Of a stretch of 56,601 nt of DNA, positions 8,978 through 17,900 are shown piece after piece (position 1 is the stretch's first letter; each line of letters opens with the position of its first letter). The notes under the pieces are model-generated. The model saw nothing but the letters and a program-made list of their open reading frames with translations, made no database searches and was not told where the DNA came from. The DNA is from a virus (lineage: Duplodnaviria; Caudoviricetes): the IMG/VR virus record IMGVR_UViG_3300032240_001377, positions 1 through 56,601 of that record; one strand, written 5' to 3'. A program made the position numbers and the translations under genes.

Positions 8978-11900
8978 ATGCCCATCTACACTGTTACCGA
9001 GGATTCCACTGGCCGGTCCATTGACTTCGACGGGGAGTCCCCTCCTGACCAGTCCACGGTGGACCAGGCGTTCCGTAACTACGACGCCTTCAAGATCGCA
9101 CAAGCCGGTCCCCGTGGAAGTCGTGAACGCCGTGTAGCCTCCGCCCAGGTCACCGCCCAGAACTCCCAGGATGCCTTTGCCAAGGAGTCTGGCGGTTCCA
9201 CTTCTTCTCCTTTCACTTCAGCCATAGCCTCCCTTGGTGCTGGTGCGTCTGAAGGTGGATCAAAGATCATCAAGAGCATTGGTCGGTTTGCCTCCTATCT
9301 TCCTGAGTCCATGGGAGCAGGCATCGCGGACAGTCCTGTCCCGGCCGATCAGATGACGGCTGCCGCCATCCTTGAGCGCAGCGACAACAACCCGCTCGTT
9401 CAAGCTGGCCAGTCATTGGAAGATCAAGGAAAGGCGACCTATCCAGTCAACCCGAAGTATCCATGGGCCAACCTTCCTGGATCAGCCATCGCTTCAGGTC
9501 TTTCCGTGGTGGCTGCTGGGCCACTGGCAGTGCCGGCCTATGCCGCCCAGTCGTTCGAGTCTGGACTTCAGGACAGCAGGGACGCAGGGGCCACACCTGA
9601 GCAAGCCATCCAGCAGGGTGCTGTTGAAGCCCTGACTGGTGCGGCCACCGAGGCTTCACTGGGTCTCGTCCCGTTCCTCCATGAGGCAGCCAAGGGGGTC
9701 ACCCGTGGCTTCCTGAAGCCCACCGCAAAGGCTATCGTTGGCGAGGCCATCCAGGAGCCCACTGAAGGCATCCTCAACCGGTTGTCTGCGAAGTACCTCA
9801 CCCAGACCCAGCCCGGGATCGACCCGTTCGACCCGCAGACCATCGCCATGGAAGCAGCGGGTGGTGCCATCGGAGCCGGCGCCATCTCAGGCGGATTCAC
9901 TGGGGCCAACCAGTACCAGCGTGGACAGAGGTTGGCGCAAATCAGGCAGTACCGCGCAGATCCTCTGGCCCAGCTTGCCAACCAGGTCGAGAACGGACCC
10001 ATGGGGTCTTCTCCCCAGTACCAGCTTGAGCAGCAGCTTCGCCAGATGCCCCGTGCGGAAGCTCCTCGCGGCATCCTGAACCTCCAGCCCAACTTCCCCA
10101 TCGCCGGTCCTTCCCAGGACGAGACGGCTTCAGGGATTGGGCAGATCCAGGACCAGTCCGTCCAGACCCCGTTCGACCAGTTACGCAACCGGGCTATCCG
10201 TGCCCAGCGACGGGCTAATGTGGAGCAGGGCCTTACCATGGAACAGCCGTCTCAACCGGTTGAACAGCCTGTCCAGCAGGTGGGCCAGTACCCGGCTGAA
10301 GGGTTTGGTACGGGCGCCATCGTCTCACCAGAGGAACAGGCCCGCCGTGATGCAGTCCGAGCCAGGGTGGAACAGGCCAATGCCCAGCAGGCTGAACAGG
10401 CCCGCGCTGAGGCTCTACGCCAGCAGAACCTTCAGGCCCAAGCCCTGGTCGTGGCAGCCCGTCAAGCCGAAGCGGAACGGCAGGCCGAGGTGCTGGCACG
10501 GTACGAGCGGATGAAGGCTCGCCCCATCTCCACCCCGTTCCTGGATGCCCAGCTTCCACAGCCAGTCCAAGCCCCGCTCGTACAGACCGACCAAGGATTG
10601 ACCGAGGTTGTCCAGCCTGAAGGCCAGACTCCGATGGACGATCTGATAGCCAGGCTGCGTGCTGTCCGTGCCCAGACTCCAGCCACCGCTAGTGGTGGAT
10701 TTACTCCTGGAGGAGCACTCCAAGCTGTAGGTGGAATCACGGCTGACTTTGGAGGGCTGAAGATGTCTGTTATTCCAAGCCCTGATGATCCGTCCATTGG
10801 GTTTGTAACCGGGCTTTCTGGAAGTGGAGTCGCTGGGAAGCTTAACGAGATCAAAGCAGCCCTAAACAATGCAGGGTTCAGGGACATCCAGTATCGTCCA
10901 GACAATGAGGACGGCCGGTCTGCTGCGAGGGTTCGCCTGTTTGAGTCCCTGAAGGCTAAGATAGCATCTCAATCCATCACACCTTCCAATGAAAACCAAG
11001 TCCCTCAAGCAGGTTCGCTACCTAATGTCAAAGGTCAGCCCTCTCAAACCAGCGCAGAAGTCCAAGCTACGCCGGGAACTGCACAGCAAAAAGGTGCGAA
11101 TCCGGAAGTAGCGGAGCCGGTGTATCCGGTTGGTTTCAAGCCGTTCATTGACGAGAATGGAATTGTTGTTGAGCGGTGGAGGCCAAGCCGGTTTGACCTG
11201 AACAACCCTCCTGCTGGAGTGGACGTTGGCATCGCTGACTTCTATTCGCGTGGTGGCGGCAGCTACATGTGGCGGGCTGTTGGTGATGGTGAGTTGGTGA
11301 AGCTGCTTTCCAGATCCAAGACATACGGTGGCGGCGTGTCTGGTCGTGGGAACTACCTTGCCGCATATCCTGAGAAGGCTGCCAAGTGGGATCCTGAACA
11401 GCAGAGCAAGTACCTGATCGAGTTTGCTGGAGCAAAGCCCTCAGGAGAGACATCAAAGAACAAGCTTACACTGGACAATGTAACCCGTATCCTTGTTCGT
11501 GAGAATGGACAGTGGCGTGCATTGACGGATCAGGAGCGTCAGGAGTTGGTATACCAAAAGCCACCCACCCCTTCCGGTGTCCGTCTCCGAAAGGAACCCA
11601 TTTCCCGCAGTAACCCTGCGGCGGCCCAAAGACTCGCTACCTTGGGGCAGGCTGCTCCCTCTTCGGAGGGGGCGGCTTCTTCTGCTTTCGGTGTACGCAG
11701 CTACGGTGGAACCACCATCACCCGTGAACAGGTGGCATCCCATAATCAGGAGGTAGAGAAGCGTGCTGCTGCCGGTGATCCCACAGCTATCCGTGTCCAG
11801 AAGCTGATCGCATCCGTGGACACCGACCAGGGTGTGGGCCGTTTTGCTGGGTATGCCACATTGCCTGATTCCGGGAAGAACAAGGCGCTGGCCTACTACT

Positions 11901-14900
11901 CCACCTCGCTCTATCGCCAGATTGGAAAGTGGCTGGATGGAGGGGAGTTCAAGTTCCAACCGCTGGCAGTCAGCCGGTCGGCCACTAGTTCTTCCGGGAA
12001 GACCCAAGCTGTCCAGATGGAGGCCAAGACGGTGGGCGAGACCCCGCTTGGCGAGGACACGGCCGAGACCAACCTGACCCGTTCATCGGAACCCATAGTC
12101 CAACAGGTCCCACTGGCCAAGCCGGTCAAGCTCCAGGAGGAATCGGTCAAGACCATCCTCGATCTCCAGCGTGAGCTGGGTGTCAGTTCCGAGTCACTGG
12201 TCCGGATCATCCATGCTTTCCAAGACCAGAACACCAGCGACTTGGACGACCAGGAACTGGCTGCACTGGAAGCTGCCACGCCCACACTGAACAAGCTTAG
12301 GAACGTCCAATACTCGGTGGCTGGAGAGGCTGCACCGTTCTACTCCCGACTTGTCCGTACTGTTGAGCAGTCACAGCAGGGCAAGGCCACCGGCGCTCAA
12401 TGGAAGGCGCTCATTAAGAACAGTAAGCTTGGCACGAACAGCGACGAGTTCGCCTTGGTCGGCGTGAACGACCTTGAGGACGGCAAGACCTACACCAAGG
12501 CGGAGGTTCTGGAGTACCTGAATGCCAACCAGGTGGCGGTGAAGGATGTGACGTTGGGTGAAGGGCTGTCTGGCGATGCCCAAAAGCGTTTTGAAGAAAT
12601 CCAACTGCGCTATCGGATTCTCACGGACGAGATGGCTGGCAACCGTTTCCAGCGTGAAAACAGGGAAATAACCTTGGAGGAGTCTCGGAGAAATGCCAGC
12701 AGGCTAAGTGCTGAAAGGAGCAATCTGGATGACGAAATGAACGCCATTAACAGGCAGCGTTCTGAAACCCACTTCTCCTCCTACCAACTGCCCGGTGGTA
12801 AGGAAGGATCGTACAGGGAAGTGTTGCTGACGGTTCCTGGTTCAAATACGAGTGGTAAATCTGGAGCTGAACTTGAGGATTGGAAGCGACAGGCAGCAAT
12901 CAAGTATGGGCCAAACTGGAATCGCCAAGACCTGACTTGGTTTGAGCGCCAAAAGCTTGATGAGTTCACTATTCCAACAAGTTGGGTGGACGGACACAGC
13001 CAATACTCCTCCATAACCAATCCCATCGTCCGTCTCCGCTTCAACGAGCGCACGACCGCTGACGGGAAGCGGATGCTTTTCCTTGAGGAAGTCCAAGCCC
13101 CACAAAAGGCCCAGTTCGAGAAGATGCCTGCCCTGTTCCAGAAGAACTGGCGGGAGATCGCGTTCAAATGGGCACTCCGTCATGCGGCGGATAACGGGTT
13201 CGACAGCGTGGGCTGGACCACTGGGGAACAGCAGGCGGAGCGGTATGACTTGAGCCAACAGGTGAAACGGATTGAATGGAACTCAGTTCGTGAACGCCCT
13301 GGTCAGGTTCTTCTGACTGTGTTCAACACCAACGATTCTCGGGTGATGAACGAGTGGATGCCTGTCGAGAAGGTGGAGTCCGTTGTCGGAAAGGAAATAG
13401 CCGCCAAGATTCTCAACGAACCAAACGGCACACTTCAAGGAGACGGCCTGAAGATCGGCGGAGAAGGCTTGAAGAAGCTGTACGACTCCGACTTCCGCAA
13501 CGTCGTGAACGGCCTGCCGGCTGTGAAGAAGAGCGGGCAGAAGGTGGGGATGGCGGAAATCAACAAGCCGGGTGGAATCGGTCAGTGGCGCTACGAAGGA
13601 CCGTTGTTGCTGCCTGAAGAAGTCCGCGCCATCGCACGCAAACAAGACGTGCGTGTGGAGCAGCAGTTGAACGACATCGCCAATAGCGTTCTAAATGGAA
13701 CGGATCTTCACGATGCCGTGGAGCAGCTAGGCTCCGCCTCGGCAGCACGGGCGCTTGGTGGAACTTTGGTGCCGGTGGACAAGACGCTTCCGATCCACGC
13801 CATCGCCATCACCCCAGCCATCCGCGACTCCGTGATGGGCGGGCAGGCTTTGTTCTCTGTTGGAAGTTCCCTGTCCACCCTAATCAGGGAACCGCTTGGA
13901 CTGGAGCGTACCCAGGAAGCGGTGAACCAGTGGAAGGCTGTCCATGGAGGACAGGACATAGCCATCCGTGTGGTGGACGATCCCAACCTGAAGACCCCTG
14001 ACGGCCGGACTGTGGCTGCACAGGTCGAGATGGTCCCGGGTGGTGTGCCCATCATCACCATCAACGCCTCCCAAGTGGGATCGGCTGCGGAAGTCCATGA
14101 GAAGATTTGGCATGAGCTGTTCCACCCGGTCTGGAACGATCCGTCTGTCCAGCAGGCTTGGGGTGAGGTGATGCAGTCTGTGGACCAGCGGATGGTTGAG
14201 GGCCAGTTGGCCCGTGGCTACTCGCCGGAGGAGGCAGCCATGGAAGCAGCCATCGACTTGGCTGCCATGAAGGCTGGTGACAAGAAGGTCCGGTCGGCCT
14301 GGAAGCGGTTCCTGGACAAGGTGTGGAATGCCATGAAGAAGGCGTTTGGGTTCGAGGTCCGGCCGAACAACTTCGAGGCCCTGATGATCTCTGCCCTGCG
14401 CCAGGCCAGCCGGCCGTGGAATGGCCAGCAGCAGAACCAGTACAACCAGGATGTGGCCGCACTGGACAAGGCCCACTTGGAAGCTGTGGCCCGTGGTGAC
14501 ATGGCTACGGCACAGAGGCTGGTGGACGAGGCGGCGAAGAGGGCCGGGTACTCCACTGCAAAGCCTGGCAATAATGCCTCCAAGCGGAACAGCCTTCGGG
14601 TAAAGCTGTCCCGTCAGGCATTGACGGATCTCGCGCTATCACAGGCCAACTGGAGGGATTGGTACAAGGAACATCAGGATACGCTAAATGCCTTCTTTGG
14701 AAGCGACGCTGGTTTGTTCCAGAAGATCCTGGCCATCACATCTCAGGCGGCTTCAGTGAAGGCGAATGTCGGCCTGGCCTTGAAGGCTTTCGCGCAGTTC
14801 AAGCAGGGGCTGGCTTTTGATGGATACCTTCCTGCCGTAATCGGAAATCTCAATGCACTTCGTGCCGAGACACAGATTCAGGGAAGGAAGATCGGAGCCT

Positions 14901-17900
14901 ACACTTCAGCCAACGAGGGTCAGACCGATGCAGTTGTCGTGGATCGGCATATTGCACGGATGCTTTTCGGGGTTGATACCCCCTCTGCCGCACAGTTTGC
15001 AAAGGCGGCCCGCGTGCTTACCGAGATAGCCAATGAAATCGGGTGGGAACCGCGTCAGGTCCAAGCTGCTCTTTGGGCGGCATCAATCGTAAAGTCGGGA
15101 AAACAACCTCAATCTTATGGACAATACCTCAAGCAGCTCAATTCAAACGGAACCCTCGCGGAACGAATTGGACATGTTGTTGATAGAAGCTCAGAGATCT
15201 ATGGAATTGGCGGAAGCGGGGTCGCTGATTCTGGAGGAATCTCAACAGAGACTGAAGGATCCAAGTCGGCCGACCCAGTAACCTACGACGACGCCGGCAA
15301 GGTGGTGCTCCTGTCCCAGCGGTTCAACCCGCAGAACAAGGACATCCGCTACTCGGTGGCCAACAACCTGTACGTCACCAGCCCGACCAAGTTCAACACC
15401 ATCGCTGCCAATGGACAGACCGAGGCTGTGGCAGCCCAGGGTCAGGTATCCTCGGCCATCGTTCCGGAATCTACTCTCAAGGTGGTCTCCGATCTGGAGG
15501 CCAAGCAGGACCGTAACCCAGTCGAGAACGCCACCCTCAAGGCCCTGAAGGGTGTGAGCAACATCGCCCAAGTGGCTGCTGCGGCGGACCAGCTTCGTGC
15601 CAATGTGGATGGGATGCCCTCCTACACGACCATCAACCAGCTACCGGAGGAGTTCAAGAGTGTGGGCGCCCAGTCGGTGATGGCCACCCACTTCTACCTG
15701 AACCAGTTCCGCAAATCCATCCGCACCCAGATGGAGCGGGCCTCCAACGATGTAGCCACGTTGTCCCAGGAACTGGCTGACCTGACGCCGGACCGGTTGC
15801 TGGCCACGCTCACCTCCCATGAGGCGGACGAGATGCTGGTCAACCTCCAGAAGTTCCTGGATGTGGAGCAGGGCAAGCTGGGCACGTCCACTGCATCCCG
15901 TACCCGCGAGGAACTGGACAAGGCTTCCGCTGCCATCGTTGGGATGCGGCGAAAGATCGAGGCAATCTCCGCAGGGTTGCAGGCCATGGCCAAGGAGATG
16001 CCCCTGGCCGACTTCGACAGCCCGGCCGCCGTGAAGGCTTGGCTGGAGTCGCGCATGGCCGACAAGAACCTTCCCCTGTTGATGGGGCAGGACGTGTTCC
16101 AGACCATCCGTGTGGCCCTCAACAAGGACTCCACCCTGCACAACCGCCTCTCCATGGTGCGGGGACTCATGGCCGACACCCAGGCAGCCAAGAAGGAGCT
16201 GGAAGGGTTGGCCAAGCAGCTTGGATCCGGCAAGCCCGCTGTGGTCTTGAAGCGGATCATCGAGATGAAGGGTGATGCCCGGGCTGTCCTTGATAACGTT
16301 CGCCGGTTGGACCTTCGTCTTGACCGGGCCATGAACAAGATCGAGGGGTTGACCGAAGCTGGAAACGTGATGGACCAGATGCAGGTCGATCCGTCCTACC
16401 AGGAACGGGTCAAGTCCGCTTTCGACTACGCCGGGTTCAAGTATTCCGGGGTGATCCGGTTTGACGACCAACCCTCCGGAAACCAGACGCTTCGTGCCCC
16501 GGACGGGACGGAGTACCGTATCAACTTCTCTCCCGATTTTGCTGTCGAACGGCAGAACCTGGACACCCTTGGGAAGTGGATGGAGAAGACGTTGGATGCA
16601 CTTACCAATCCGGAGAGCCCACAGTACATCACCGACCCGGCCACCCGTACGTCCTACGCCAACACCATGGCGTTCGTCAGCCGGTTCTTGATGGACAAGC
16701 GGGGCTTGGTCGAGTCGGCCTGGGCAGATGCCGGGTCGGTCCAGACCATGAACGCCATCCTAGGTGCGCCTGAGAAGCTGGTGCAGTTGAAGTTCCTCCT
16801 CGGGGACCATCTGAACACGCGGTTCAACCTGTACCGCAATCTCGCCGGTCGGGCTGGGCTGGATCTGGTCAACCGTTCCCGTGCCATCGACCGGTTCATG
16901 GCCGAGGTGAAGAACATCCTCGATGCCACCCGTACCCAGAATGCTGCTGCACGGCGGAAGGCCATCCTGTCCCACGGTCTCAACCCGGATGACCCGGCCG
17001 ACTACGAGCTGTGGAATAGTACGGTCAACTCCTGGATCCTGAGCCAGAACCAGAACCCTGGGTCCCGTCCTGTGCAGGAAGGGGTGCATGTGGGGATGGG
17101 GCTTGAGGTCACCAAGGAGGACATCGCCTTCGCCGGTCTCCAGCACAAGTTCTCCAGGGCCATCTCGGAAGCCTACTCCGGGATCATTGGAGAGGACATG
17201 GTGCAGGACCCGAATGCCCCGGGCTACAACCCGGAGGAGACCCTGTTTGGACAGGTGTTCTCGCGCAAGGCCATGCAGTTTGGGTTTGCCACCGGCCGCA
17301 AGTTCTCCCATGCCGGCCGGGAGTACACCAAGCTCTGGATGGATGCCCGGTCCAAGGATCTCGCCGAGTACAAGGCTAGCGTGGCTGCTGCCCCAGAAGG
17401 GACTGAAGTCCCCATGGTGTACACCGAGCGGAAGAAGGTGGCCGAGGAATCCATGGAGGGCCATGTGTACGCCCATATCCGTGAGAGCAACCCGGAGTAC
17501 ACGTCCACCGCAGACAAGGGCCTCAGGGAAGCCTACCGGGATGTGGCTAATGCCATCCGTAGCGGCGCAGACTTCCGTTCCATCACCGACCTGTCAATGG
17601 CTCTCGCCGAGGCGATGACCACGGACGAGAAAGATGTGGGTGCCTTTGAAGCGGAGCAGTCCTTGATGAAGGCGCTGGACCGGGATGTGGTGAACTACAA
17701 CATGGCCGCCGAGGTGGTGGGTTCAACCTCTCCCAACGAGACTGTAACCGACCTTCCTCCTGCCCTCCGGTCCATCAAGACGGCCAAGGGTGCGCTGGTT
17801 AAGGCGCGTGGCAAGATGGTGGCCCCGTCCTTCTTCTACGACTACTCGATTGGCACCGACCTGGACCGGTCCTCGATGGTGCAGATGGGCAAGCAGGCCC

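Noticed and set aside
14421-14603. Third nested ORF in the giant gene
   Set aside because: Trp/Arg/Thr-rich composition typical of an off-frame read of GC3-biased codons
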